Notes under the pieces: generated by a model
Told to the model about the DNA's origin: nothing
What the model saw: only the letters and a program-made list of their open reading frames with translations
Databases searched by the model: none
Assembly (NCBI GenBank): GCA_000934665.2
Contig: KZ538106.1
Span: 62,001 to 126,000, forward strand
DNA from: Catajapyx aquilonaris
Lineage: Eukaryota
DNA: 64,000 bases
Direction of reading: 5' to 3'
Part shown: piece by piece, positions 37,010-52,000 of the stretch
How positions within the stretch are numbered: position 1 is the stretch's first letter
How the letters are laid out: the number at the start of each line of letters is the position of its first letter
Made by a program: the position numbers and the translations under genes

Positions 37010-40000
37010 CCCTTTGATTCGTGCCAGCTATTTACATACAGATAAATTCATTCCCATCTGTAGCTTTTGTTTAGATAGCGGAGGGTTTTGCGCTTACGAG
37101 GCGCATCCTGTGAACAAGGGGTACGTTTTTAATTGCCTCCCCCCTTCTCCCCTTTTCCTTCTCCCTCCCCCACAACACACAGAGTCTCTTACACTCAGGG
37201 CATGCTTCAGGCTCCTGGCCTTGTGAATAAGGCGCACAGAACAAGAGGGCCTGTGTTACCACCGCGGTTACCATGACGCATAAACATGCCAACAGAGCCC
37301 CGTCCAAATACATGTCTAACATAGTAGTACGCAGGAGAAAGGGACATGCGGTGCTTGGCGATGTATTACAAAGTGAAATTCATGTGTAACTGATGTTCCC
37401 GAGACGTTTACTGTAGGCTACTTAATACAATTCGAGGCAAAGGCCTACAGTCGCTCTCTGTAAAGGGTATACGTATAGTACAAGTCATGTGAACAGTGCG
37501 CTGTGGTGGGGGAATACTAAGTATTCTTGGGAAAGAGAAATATGTTTCTGCCCCATTTGTTGTCGATTTCAGGCCATATGCTCAACATCTTATTGGTTGA
37601 GAAATTTTAGCATAATCAGGATGTCCGTCAAATAATGCGATGTCACAAGTGCCAATATACTGTTCAAATATGATCTAATTATGTTTTTCTACCGTATGAG
37701 ATTAGACTACATAATTACGACTCGGCAAACAATGCACACAGTCTCTGGTAATTTGCTCCTGATGAGGTTCGAACCGACGACTGCGGAACACAAGGTACGC
37801 AGCAGCGAGCGGTAACGAGCGTGTCGGTGTGGATTAGTAGGCATCTCCAAGCCCAGCATCAAGGTGCTGAAAGATGTCTGCTATTGGAGGCCTCCCAACT
37901 ATGCCCTGCCCTTCGCATCACATCACTCTCTCTTCAAACCCACCTCCGGAATCTTAATGCCTCCGGGGTCTGGCTGGCAGCAGTTGCTGGCCAATGCAGC
38001 CCAGCATAGAATAGGCCTATATATGATGGCAGCAGCAGGAGGGGCTCATCAAAAGGCAACAAAAATGCGGTGGCAGGGAGGATGCAAATGATGGGCAGCT
38101 GCTGGACCGACGGACGGACGCAGGCATGCATGTTGTGCTGCGCGTGGTTAGCTTGCTTTCCATCTCTCGGCCTCTTAGCAAAATCGCGCCCGTTGCATCG
38201 CATCTGCATACTTTTACTATACCATCCAAACCCTCCCCCCCTCTAGCTAGCCAGGCTCTCTCCAGGTCCAGTCGCAAACCACGCATACACATATGTATGT
38301 AATGTATACGACCCACCCCGGCCTGCTGCTGCTCCCGACTAAATATGTGTGACCGGCTCAGCTGCTAACGCATCTTGGGGCAGAATAAGCCACGGCCCAC
38401 CTCATGAATTTAGTGCGTGTGCTGTACACTTATGCTGCTTACGTAACATATGTACTGTAGAGTATACAGGGCCACTCAGACCTACAGTTCTATGCAGGCT
38501 GCGATGGCTCCCAGCGCTGCATCAATCTGCCGGGTGGTGGTGGAATGCGATTAATATATATCGGGTCGAAGGCGATGCGACAGAATGCGCCTGGGAGGAT
38601 GCTGCTGCGACGTGGAGAGAACAAAGAGCTCCGGCAGCGGAAGCTTCCAACACGCGTCGCTCTTGTTCTCATCAATATACAGTTGCAAGTTTCCAGGCCC
38701 CTGAGCAATATTCTTCATGTAATTTTCATTCGGAATCCGCAGCAACTTGCATGGGTGGTGCAGGAGCTGGCTCTCTCTCCCTCCCTCCCTCCCTCCTCCC
38801 CCTGGCTCCCTGCCACCCCTGTATAACCCTCCCTCTTTCCCCCACTTTCCAAAAAGCCCCTCTGCATGCCACTTGCTGCGTTCCCAAGCCTGCCTGGGAT
38901 TTATTTGCCACTACTCCACCTACAGCTTCCTCTCCTCCTGCTTCCTGCTGACCATCAGACTGAATATATATGGATATACAGCAGCATGGCCTCCCAGTAA
39001 TAACTCAACTGCATGCGCCCAGCACACTTGGGCCCCAGAGGGACTGCTGCTCCGGTCGGTCGGTGGTTGGCCTCTCTTGCATGCTGTACACTCTGATGGG
39101 CTGGGGGTTAACCCAGCCTCGTTAGAAGAGAGGCCTTAATTAAATTTGAAATTGCTAATGGGAATTAATGCGGCACCGAGGACCTTTGTGGCGGAAATAA
39201 TGCAGGTGCTGCGGTCCCCAAAACTGCTATGACATTGGGACTGTCACATATCGATGAATCGAATATGCAAATTCCTGTACCTCCATAGTTTTGCAAATTT
39301 CCATAATTTCCTACATTAAATTTAATTTCTTACAACTCTTGCACCTGATCATGTGATGGAAGAGGTTCAATCACACTGCATACTTCTGATTGTTTTTGTA
39401 TTGGGAATAATTATTGATCTGCTGCGGAACTTTTTCACGCGATATTTATGCGACTTTGAAGTAGCATTTGAGAAAACGATTACAAAAGAGCTTATAAACT
39501 GTAAATATCTTCAGTTACAATTTCTTGTTTCTAGAAAGAACAACTTGTGGCTGTTGTGACCATTTACTCCATCAACTTTGAACCATAATTATTATCTCTA
39601 TTCCTTCCGTATTATGGAGTATTTTATCATCAATACCGCATATTTGCATTTTCTGCCTTACACGTTTTGTTTAATTTTTGCGGCCCTGTTTTTTGCCACA
39701 TTTGTTGCCACCACTACAGCTAGCACTACCATCCAAATAAGGCCTACATACACAATGTTCGAAGAGATGGAAGAAAAAAAAAAAGTGTATAAAAAATCAA
39801 ATTTAGTAATGCGTATCATTACTGTACTTTCGACGAATAGTGCAGTTGATCAGCCTCAATGTAGTTTTTAAAATCGGTCAAAATTTGGCAGAGGAATAAA
39901 CTACCCATCTGACCACCTCGAAAGTGTCAAAGGTGGAAACAATATTTTTTTTGTTGTCCGCCCCCTTCAAATGCAGACGGTCATTTAGGACAAATTGGAC

Positions 40001-43000
40001 AGCCGGCAGAGGCAGCCACACAAGCTGGCATGGATTGCAACCTAGACACGCGGCAGGGTGCCGGAACTTCCATTCCAATTCAATTGGGCGTGAAGGAGGA
40101 ATGTGTTGGCATCTGGGGGGCACGCCCTTTCTCATCATCACATGCTCCCCAGCCTCCAGCACCACACACCAGCACACCCGGAGTAAAATTAGAGATAGCA
40201 CAACCCCTGTTTCTTGCATGTTTCATCCAGTGTTATAAAATGTCTCTCAATTATTTTTTTTAAACGACTCATCTCCAATTTAAAGCTCAAAAACTGCAAA
40301 TGGGTGTTCCCCCCATCCCTCCCTTTGATCCCTCCCAGTCCCAGTCCCGGTCCTAGTCCCATCCACTCGCACTAATCACTTGGCATATCCCAATCCAAGT
40401 GCCAAAGCCTCCCCCCTCCCCTGCCCCTCCACCACCCCGCCATTTTGGCCTCCTATAAACAGCTTTAAAACACGGGCGGGGCCAATTCCATCCATTCCCA
40501 ACCAACCAACTCGCTGTTTGACCAAAGCTCGACTTGGACAACATTATTTTATGAAGGATTTGCAGCCATGGAGGGTAGGGGTAGGGAGCGTAGTGGGTGG
40601 GGTTGGGAGGTTCACAGTGGGGGATTTGTTTGCATTGTGCCCAGGCTGCCACCATTGGGAGTCATGTGTGGTGCTAACTGCTGCCATGGGGCTTATCCCG
40701 CAGCACTGAGCCTGTTTGGCATTTGACGAGGTGCGAGGCATAATAAACTACCACTCTAGCCGCTGGATGAGCCGCCAAAAACCAGAACTGGGGAAAAAAA
40801 AAGAAGCGGAGGTAGTTGTCTCTGTGTATTTGTCAAAAGCGGCCTCATTACTAACCCATAACTGCAAGGCGGCGGCTTGTATTGGTTTCTTTAAAGAGAT
40901 CGAAGGAGACTCCCACACGCATCATGTCACCTGTCATCACCTGCCTCGTTACATGTGACAAGACATGAAGTTTGAAGCATACAAATTGACTTGCACCGGA
41001 CAATTGCGCAATTTATTGTGGGGCGGTGGCATCAAGCGGCGTCTATGTTGTAATTCGCTGGCAGCTATCAATCAGCATCCGCATGGCCTTTATTTGCAGA
41101 GGAACCTAATATGTTTGTGGAGGGCGGGGGCTGGAGGAAGCCATTTGCCCAAGTGGCGATGCGACAGCCCGGAAAATACGGCTGCCTCCACGGATAAACA
41201 AAGATTTGCACAGTAAACGCTAGCACTAGCCCCTTCATTTAAGGGTGGAAGGTTCCCTCCCCTCTTTTTGCCATTTCCCCCCCCCCCCATCCCCACCCTT
41301 CCCCCCTGCCATCGAAAAAGACACTCACTCGGTCGCCTGTCTTGTGAAGTTTGCATGTAATTTTTCAAACTATTGCCTTCTCGCTGCTCCCGGATATTTT
41401 CGAATTATCTTAAACGTGAAGGGAAATCCTTAATGAAGAGCTGGCAGTGTTTTCTTTCAAAATACAGGCGAGTGCAGATCCCATATCATGCCGGCATAAG
41501 ACTAGGCTTAGGAAAACTGCTTCTCCACGCTGCCAGCCTTTAATTAAACTCAACCCCCACCCCACCGCACCCACCCCACCCACTCCAGATAACTTGTGCT
41601 CAACTTGGAAATTTCCTTACAACCTCCCTTCCAACTTTCCTTGCTCTTTTTCTCTCATTTTTTTTCTTACTTTTTTTTTCCCCAACCCTTCTCTCTCATC
41701 TCGGCTTATAAAGTGCAGTATTAGCGTATATACTGATACAGTCTCTATATTAGATGAGCGAGAGTAGCAGCCAAGGAGGTGAAAGTGTCAGGTGTGCAAA
41801 AAGAATAACAAACCATATCCGTGCAATAACATACTAACTACCATTTTTTGCACTGAGATCAAAGTTTTCGGATGATTTTTAAAATGCATCTTTCACACCT
41901 TAAATGCAGCCTGACATTAGTAGCTAATACCGTACTTTTATAACACTATGGAGACGTAACTGCTTAAAATAAGCAGCCTGCTGACAAAATAATGAGGACA
42001 GTTCAATAAGGCATGTGTCTGAAATTTTATACCTTCTTCATACGTACAATAATAATTAATTATACTGCACGGTCGAAAAGTCTGGATTCACACAGCAATT
42101 CATATATAGACTTATAGAGGGAATGCGTATCTCATTTAAATATTACTGTAAGCGTATACACGAGGCATAGCTGTAAATTTCCAGAGATTATATGAAGCCA
42201 TATCCGGTTTAGAGCATATAAATCCAATTTTGAATTTTAAAATATGTACATGCAGATGAGTTTCTCTGCCGAAATTGACGATCTTCAAAGCGGGGGAGTC
42301 GGAGGACAGTTGATAGATTAGTCACGCCTCACTTTGTTAACGACACAGTTGGCGGCATGCAAAATAGTAAAATAATAACATGTAAAGCTTGGCTGCCGTT
42401 TGTATATAGTTTGAAACACCCTGTATCGACACGCCTACTACGCACGAAACACGCAGTAAATTACGATCTATAAATGCAAATTTCCTCATATTTTGTCAGG
42501 AGCCAATGTTATTCTGTCAATTATTCTTCTCCCAGTTTTTAGGTTCCTCCGACAGAAAAATGCAGCATGTCCTTGCTAAAATTCAGAGCATCCCATCAGC
42601 ATCAGAAGGTGTGAAAAGTATAAATATTTTTCATTCATTCATTCATTTCTTCACGGCATTGTCCCAAGCATGATGGGGTAGCCAGCTATGACGTAATGTA
42701 CACAAGAGCACCTTACCATCTCGTTTGACCGGACATTACAAAAAGTAAATCTGGCGTGAAATATTCTCACAGCATATGACCAGACATCCTGAAAATAAAT
42801 ATTCCTGCCAGCTGTACCTGACGCGGAGGCCTGAATTGGAGTTAATATGTAATTGCAGTGTAATGTATGACCAGAACAGGTGAGAATCACAATAATTTAA
42901 AACTGGCCTAGCAGCCGTGTATCAGAATCACAAGCCGTCATGCGAAAATTTCACGCCGCATTAATTGTAACACGTAATGTGTTACAACAATACTGGCTAC

Positions 43001-46000
43001 TCGTTTCGCACTCCTCGGCGATTACACCCCAAAATTTCCATTACTTAATAACGCATAAATTTGAAAATGTGCCGACGCATTTTTTTGATTATTTTTCGAG
43101 CGTAATCACTGGTCTCTCATCCGAAAGTAGGCGATTTTCACCATACATTTTGAAGCCATTTATTTGTCCAGGGTAACTGAAACGATTCATTAGTTTTTTG
43201 GAGAGGAGAAAAAAACGACCAGTGGAAAAGAGTGTATATGAAGGGTGTATTTGGTGAGCTTGCAGGCGGCAGCTTCCTCTCCGGAAAACGGCAGAAGTGT
43301 TGAAAGTTTATTCGGCTGTTTACGAATTGCTCGCTTCGAAACCTGCCAAGCGAAGCTATAAATTGCCGCCCGGGTTGTAAACATCTTCATTCCCATGTAA
43401 ATATGGTTTCCTTTGTTTACATACTGCGCTTTATTTACGCCAACATTGCGAACATTATTTTGCTGCGAATCCGTCGCAACCGAGTTTTAGTTGAAGCCAC
43501 ATCACTCCATCCATCTCCAATGTTTCCTTCCTGATTCCCTTATCACCATCAGCCTCATTTTTCTAGTTTCCTTGATGGACGCCTTCCACCTTCCTTTGCC
43601 AACAAGGACACATTTCCGAACATTTCTCCGCTCTATTTCTAGAGAATAAGACAAAGGGGGATGGGGGCAAGAGGCTGAAGAAAGGGCAATAGGAGCAATG
43701 ACAGCACCATTTGCGAGCCTTCAACCCCCTAAGAGAAAGGCAGGGGAAAATGTTGTCTCCACACATGCGGAATCCCTCCACACACTTGGCATTTTCCGTA
43801 TTGATGTCATATACTCAGGGTTTGGCAGGGTTCTGGCGGCACATTTTTCTGCCTTGGCTCTCGGAAGACGCGCCCCATTTCTCGTGTAACAGTTTACATT
43901 TCCGCCCGGATTGGCCCGGACTAATAGCCCCTGTTGAACGTTCTAAATGTCGGGCTTTTGTATACAAGACGCCCGCAGGTCCGTCTTTTTGGGGATCCTT
44001 CTTTTTTTTATATAGCAGCAGACCCCCTAGTGTCAGCTGGTGGTTCCGCCTTGGGTGCAAGGGCTGAAGATTCATGGCAAAGTCAGAGTGAATCTGCAGC
44101 ACGCGCAGCTTCTGTCTTTTTCCCCAAGTTGAGAAGCGACGATGGAAGAAGAGGCAGCAGCCCACGTCCAGACTGCGCCCATCATCACCACATATTCCCA
44201 TCCATCTTGTAATCGCATTTCCACAGGTCACGTGCCAACATTACTTCACACTTCATTTCTTGCATGTACTGGTTTCCAACTGATCACTTTTTTATGCGAT
44301 TCCAACTGAGCTGGGGAAATGGCAAACTTCTTCTTCCGAGTCTATATACCTTTTAACGAGAAAAAGAAAAGGCAAGCGTGAAAAGTAGGGACCCCCCAAG
44401 GAGCAGCCACAAGTCGACGGCTCCTCCTCTTTTGTGCTCACAATGAAAAGCGCCTTGTGTCGCGTTTTGGCCCCAAGAATGCGCTTCACTGATGGGATTT
44501 GTCACGTCTCAATGGCTCCCTCAAATTATTCCTTCTTCTTGCAGGAATCCCTGGAACGCCCACTAAGTCCCTTCGGAATGCTCAGTGTATGCCTTTTTCC
44601 ACACATTTTTTTTCTTCCTCTTCTCTCCAGGCAAAATACAGGACAAAAGGGGTTTTTCTTTTTTTCTGTATCCTTCAACTTTTTTTTCTCTCCCATGTTT
44701 CCACCTCCGCTACCCAAACACCAAAACTAACGTGATCCTGTTTGCTATTTTGCCAGTTCTTACGCTTCCCGATTTCACAAAATGGACCCACATTACCGAC
44801 CATCAACATTCCCACGAAAAGACGAACAAGTCCTTCACAATGGGATATTACAAGGTCTACAAAATATCTGAATCCTCGAGTTAGGCTTTCCCCTTATTTT
44901 TTTATCCTGAAAAGTAGACCGGACAGTCTCCAGCTCACAAAGGTGTCTGTAAGGACCACCAAGTTCGATCAGAATAATTCATTACTCAGGATATTGAAGT
45001 TGGGCATTGCCCAAACATAACATGCGCGTACATAACTGTCTGGCTCATATGCCCGCAAATTATGAGTGCTAATTTCACACCTCAGTTACACCTGTAGCTC
45101 AAAACTGTTTTCAAAGCACGGAGTGGTGTGGCGTTGGCAGCACAAGAAAAACGACAGCGACACGGCAAAGTGATAAAAGGAAGGTTGGCATATCTGTCCT
45201 CACTTTGGAAGTGCATAAGACTAGTATATGCTCTTCCCCCCCCCCCTTCACCCAACGCACTCATGTGCTGCTGTCACCACCAAACTACTTTCCTGTCTCT
45301 GTATATAGCAACCTTTTCCGCCGCTACTTATTTGTCACCGGGAGGCGCCCTCCCTCTAATTATCATAAATCACCTCCAAACTTTCCCCAAATTAATGCAG
45401 GTTTGCTTGGGAGGCCGACGAAGAAGGCTTTCCGCGACGCCCCCGTGGATTTATTTGCATCTTGCTTCGGAGGGATGGATGGATGGATGGAGGATCTTTC
45501 GGATGGATGGATGGCTTTCCATCGAGGGGACATCCACAACAAGTCGCATCTGCTGGTGGTGCACTGCTGCCCTGAGTTCAAGGTGAAGCAGCGATTTTGT
45601 TAAAATCGTGGAGAAGCACTCACAAGTCACTTTTAATGCACTTCAAAATGAAAATTTTCCCTATAGGTGACTCATTTGTTATTTTTTATTTCATTTGATT
45701 AAAATTTTCGTTCAAATAAAATGCAAAAAAATCTAAAAATTTGTTTCAAGAGAACAGTGAAAGGTGATCCCCTCCCCCCACCATCACCACCACAAAAAAA
45801 CCACATAAGTTGCTATTTCAATATTGAATAAACAGTGGAAACAACAGTTCATAATTATTTCTATTTTTGAAAGCAGTGTAGTTGTTGCTTCCAACAGATT
45901 GCTTTCCTTTGAACTGGTTGCTAGGACAAAGAATCCCTCTTGAACTGTGGATTCGGCCAATGCACCACTTTGCAGTGTTGATGATGGCCAACGCTTATTG

Positions 46001-49000
46001 CACTGACAAACCGTTCGGATCGGAGCGCGTCATCGCATTGTGGAGCGGCTAATAAACTCCCGTGTCAAGTATTAACGGCGATGAAAATCGACTCTTAATT
46101 TGTTTGAAATTTACTTTTATCTGTAAGTCATCCGGAACGACAAGCTCGTAAACCCTTATTTTCTCTAGATAAGCGGCATTGTGCCGAAATGGACGGGTGT
46201 TTTTAATTCAAGCTCGTTTCTTCGCAGCATTAATGTTCTGATGGATCGCATCGTCTGCCTAATCCCAATTGTTATTGAATCACAAAGCCAGATAGATAAG
46301 ACACTGCACATGTAGGCTATCTGAAATGTCATGTATACAGTACACATGTCGCTTTTCATTTCTATAAAATAATTTTGTTAGTACACTCGAGGGCTAATAT
46401 AAGCAGCAAGTGATACGAATAACCGTCGCATGCACTATGCAGGAAAACTAAGGCTACCATACCGTGGTCAGCATGCTGGTGAACTATTAAGTATTTACAT
46501 TATACTAGCAGCACTCTACGATTCGTGCACCAAATAACGAGCAACGAAGCGCACAAAAATGCAAAACATTAAAATGAAAAGCGCAGCCGCTCCAGTCAAG
46601 CAGTGTGTACAGTAGAGCATAATAAGCGAGATAAGCAGATGTATCTCATTATTGCTGGATAAGTAGAGGCAAAAATCCTGCTGCCAAAACCGCAATGGAG
46701 GACTGGGTGGGTAAAAAAAAATTGATAAGCCAAAGGGCATGGCGGCGAAAATTTGCAGCTTGAATGTATGCTTTTCCCTTTGCAGCAGGCCGAGGGTCGC
46801 ATGTATGGTGAGCAGGCTACCTAGAATATGCGGAATTGGCCGCAAGGTATCATAATGCTGCTGCTACAACCCGTATCATATGTAGAGCAGGCTGTATGTA
46901 TAATAATACACTGCCCGGTATGTTGTTGAAAATACCCTGCATCCGATGCTATGGAAAAATCATTTGCTGCCCACGCTGGACTGGCTGGCTGCCTCATACT
47001 CTATAGTGAGGAAAAATCAGAACCACACACCCCAGCACAGCAGCAACTTCCTCCGAAAAACTCGGTTCTAAGAATAGGTGAGTTACGGCCTGCTTATTGG
47101 GACCCGAAGGAAAGATATTTCTTGTTTCCCCCCGTGTTTTTGGCTCAATGAGCGCCTAAATCAAAAGGGATTAGCCGAGCTCTTTCGCCCACTTAAATAT
47201 GTTGGTAAATAGTGTAGAAATCACTCAGTACTAATCGGAAGCTCCCTTCGTCCCAAATGCAATATACTTACGGGCCGACCGTTTGTTTCGCGAGCCAATT
47301 TGTCGCCCACGGTGTATAAACGATGCTGCATTCGACGCTTCGAAGTTTGCTTACCACTCGTCGGAATTTAAACACTTGCTCAGTCGTCGCTTTTATTGTG
47401 TGTCCAACCTGTGCGGTGGAACGTGGTACGTGTTATTGGTCCTGTTGATTCGTGGAATGTGGCGGAAAATTTTTGTGCGAATTGGCGTGTTAGTTGCTTT
47501 TGTCACGTTTTCAGTATACTGGAGTATTTATAGGAGAAATATTGGTCGATGCAATGTCCGTGAAAATGGGCATTGGTTCAATGTGCTGCACATCATCTCC
47601 ATCATTCAAACCCCGCATTGTTCGCAACAACATTATGGGTGTTATCATATTATTTGCATGAATGGCATACGCCATACTGATTTTACAAGTATGGTGTTTT
47701 TAACCTGCGTGTGTCACGGATGCACTGTGCAATAATTATCAAGAAAACCAAAACTGCAAATAATGCGGTGTGACATCCAGATTCTCATGGAAGGTTTTGT
47801 GGCCACTCGTGTAACCAATTGTTTAAAAATGTCCGAGAACAATTTCTTCTTTTGATAAAAAATTGCCGATAATTGATTGCGGAATGACGTAAATATTTAA
47901 CCTTTGTCATCAATTATATGTTAGCATATTCGCTCCATTGAGAGCAGGTCGGTGTTACATCAAACTGGCCTTTTCTATATGAAAACTGGAATGCTTTAAT
48001 TTTTTAAAAGGTATATGACTTGCTCGTCGTATAGGCTTCTACAGCAGTATAGACCTATACCCAACTTATTGTAATGTAAATATAGAGTACTGCAGCAGCT
48101 ACGTCTAATTTGGATTCCCGATTATCATAGCTTATAAATGCTGACCTCTGCAACGATGCATTATGCTACTCCCAAAATACGCGAATTATTTGCTTATAAC
48201 AATAAATATTCTGAAATCAGTGACCAAATATTTCAGATTATTCCACTCATACCTGCTGCGATGCGTGCCTTAATAATCGTGCAATGTTCATGTCCAAGTG
48301 TTCATCAGCCTATTATATCCGCTTGGCCCACGCCCCCTTAAATGAATAATTAAAAGCACTGGCGGAAATGGCGGGAATTAACATGAATGTGCGTTAATTT
48401 GGAGGGATGTGTATTTAAAATTCTGGCTGGATAATTACACGAAGCGGACTTTCAAAATCGACCTGGCAGCTCGCCCACCGCTCTGTAAAGTTGATTTTAT
48501 TTTTACACCTATTCCCTCTATACCCATCCCCCGAAAAAAAAAATCAAACTGCATACAGTATTCATCAATACACCATTTACCTCACGTCATGTCTTCGAAA
48601 GCACCGGCAAGTTGAGGAAAAAGAGATGGACGATAAGGGGTTGACGGAAGATGGATGGGCAATTTTCCTTCCCATCCGTCGCACACTTTTTAAAGCCCAA
48701 ACCCACTAATTAATGTCTTTTACACTATGCATATGGCTTCCTTCCAGACTTGGCCGCGACAAGACCTTATAGCCCAGCAGCGTAAATAGTCAAAAAGCGT
48801 GCTTCTGCCATTACAGCGCGTTATGAAATGTGGCGTGAAATGAAGCACATTAGCGATAATTCATAGCTTGCACTGTGTTATATGTGCATGTTCAACCACT
48901 CCCTTCCGGGGGAAGGTTGTAAGAGGGGCTGTAAAAAGGGGATTAATTTACGCACCAGTCCACCAGATGATAGATGAGTTCACATTCACTCGAGTTCTAC

Positions 49001-52000
49001 CGCATGCTCCGCATTTTCTGCACCTCATTATGTTATGCGATCATATTAATCATATTTTGTATACCAGATGGGTTTATTCATTTGTTTGTTTTTTCACTGG
49101 ATTTTTATGGCGTCTATAATATTGCTAGATCTACCATAATTGGTGTGTTGCGTACAGTTATTGTTCAGGCGACAGTCCATTTCAAAGCAGGTGCAAACTG
49201 GTCATATTAATTATCAGCAACTAACATCGACCACCCTGAATTTATCTTTCATTAGTATTTTTTACCTGACAGATTGTTAAACGTGTGAACCACAACCGTA
49301 GAATTAATTACCAGTTCATCCATGCATTCCGTTACCCTTGAAACATACCTGACTGTATCAGACCATTGCCAATCAGGCCCTTAATTAGCAAAACTCCCAT
49401 GTTTATATACGTTGGAATCCTAGGATGAGTGTAGCCAAGTGGAGTTATTCTTCGAGGCCAAATTTTGCGGAGGAACAGCAACTAATCTTGTAAAAGAGGG
49501 GCAGCAGCAAGCAGTGCTTGGATGAAAGGACTCCCTCTAAATATATTTTTTCTCTCTTCTTCTTCTTCTTCTTCTTCCTCTTTCTTTTCCGTCTCTCGCT
49601 CCGGAATTTTTTCTTAAACTGTGCAAGAGGGGTTGGAAGGTGGAGGGGGTTCACATGTTGGCGGAAAAGCTGACAAATTGAGGAGCAGGTCGAGAGGGGA
49701 GAAGCTCGACGCGATGCCCAGGCGTGGCAAACAGCCTCATTTTTCACCGTGCCTTTTCAACGGCTTCCCCAGGCAGCTTCATGCCAAACCTTATTCCGGT
49801 ACAGCACGAGATACGCCCGATTTTTTCCACAACTGGCCCAGTAAATGGCATCCTATCCTAGTCCCATTTGTCTAACTTTCTTTCCGCTGCTAAATTCGTT
49901 AATCATATGGCACATTTTGCAACTTTGGAAGAATTCACCGAGCGTTGTTTATGTTGCTGTTGTTACTTCAGCAAGAGTTGCCAGTGGTGTACCTGAATCA
50001 GTATGAAAGCTTCTCAGTTGGAAACACTAATACCGAGCTGGAACTTGGGGTAAGCGTACGGCATATACATGCAGGAATAGTGTATAATAACAACAATGAT
50101 GGGCATGCTATCTCAGGGGTAAATATTTTCTCTCACGATGGTAATGCAATTACACTCCAAATCATTGCTTCCCATAACACGCCTGTCTGTAATTCTGTAG
50201 TTAGAACCTAATGCACGCGTATGCATATATACTGATGCCAGCAAATACCCACAAAATACACCCTTTTTGTATAATCACCACAATACGTGTTGCGTTAACC
50301 ACTCGTGCAATTCAGATGCAACTTGCACCTTGTTTACGAACAATAGGCATAAAAACTGATATTTAATAAAAATTATGCATTACTCTGTCATGAAACAAAT
50401 TCAGCACAAAAGACTACCTGAAACACGCACAATGTGTCACACATGCCCACACATGACGAGAACTTGGGTCCGGGCTTTTAGTGTTAACATTGTAGGATGG
50501 TGACACGTGGTTTGACTAGTCTGTGTGTACAGTGCAAGTGACATAATGATATACTACGCACACAAAACTTTATGTACACAGTGCGAAGGCTCTTGCCAGG
50601 CGTGTTGGGAAGCCTAGTGAATTTGTATGCGTTGATATCATGTAAGCTTAGGCGAGGTTAGTTAGTTAGATGGTTGGCTGGGGTCCTTGGATGAAATATA
50701 AGGAGAGGAGGTGGGGGAAAGCCTCTTTTCAAAGGGCATCTTTGTGCTGCTTCAGGATATACCGACTCCTCTATTTGGGCTTTAGGAGGGGGGGCAAAAG
50801 GCGTAGCCAGGTCAGCCGTGTCAGGGACTACACACGTATCCTTAATTCAAATAAGTATAGTTGGTTGGTGCCCTACTGGATGGTGGGGGTGTAGAAAATG
50901 ATGTTGGTGTCAGTTTGGGCAAGGCGGAGAAGATAAATGGAGGTCATTAATCCAGGCGGGAGCACCTCTCCGGAGGAACCTGCCAGCCCGTGTAATTTCA
51001 GGACGACTTTCAGCACCGACCTCGTGCCAGCCGCCAGCTCATTACTTCGACACATGGCGAGCTTCTTCTTTTCCAGCCCCCCCACTCTCTATCCCCACCT
51101 ACAGCCCCCCTTGCTTTTTTCCTTCACTGGCGGAGTGCCCACTCGCTCGAATTAGCCGATTACCCAGAAACCCACCTTTCTCCTCAACACCCCCGCCTCT
51201 CTTCCTTCCTCACACTTTTCTACACATTTCAGACAAAAAAAAATGTGTAATTAACTCTCATATCACTGCCAGCATCGTGCACTGACCCTACAACGACATG
51301 AAAACATTCACGCAGTACTCAGTACATGACAGAATGGCTCGCACACTAGTAGATATAAGTTGTGCAATTTTACCAGCATGTAAAAATAATTTTGACATAT
51401 TTTTTTCGTTATTTTCAGATGGAACATCTCAGCAGAGAGTTACAATTCGCGTAAAATAAAAAAGTGGGAGTAAATTTAGCTACAGTGTCATATTTATTAT
51501 TTCGTTGGAATTTTTGCGAAATTTTTACGTCAACCTACTTGCACATCCTCATACCCTCATACGTGTATGAATTTATTGGGTTGCATTGCGCAGTGACGAG
51601 AGCATGTAACCCACACATTTTGGGCTATTCTCAGCGAAGTTTATACACGTCTAAAAATAGCCAAATATTATATAGCAATCATTGTTCACATTATTTGACC
51701 CTTCCTCGCGTCAAGTCCGTTGCGGGGTCAGGCAAACCACAAAAAAACCTGACATTGTTATACAGCTTGTCTGAAACACGTCCAATAAAAGTCATGCCCA
51801 AGGAATGCGCCCCACATTTCTCACCCCTCTTATGTAACCCATGATACTCTCCAGGTCTGCAGCCCCAAACTGTCGCAATGTCACTCTACCCCATGGGACA
51901 AATGCTGTGTTGATGTTGCCCCAGCATATCCGTGACCCGAACCCCAATTTCCACGGACAAAATTCGCGAGAGAGGAGTGAATGATGACTAATGGATGGCG

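Noticed and set aside
37755..37830. CTGATGA followed by GGTTCGAACC, suggesting a hammerhead ribozyme core
   Set aside because: No GAAA or stem III. More likely a decayed tRNA-SINE B-box. Other CTGATGA hits (about 11170, 21065, 56373) also lack the core.
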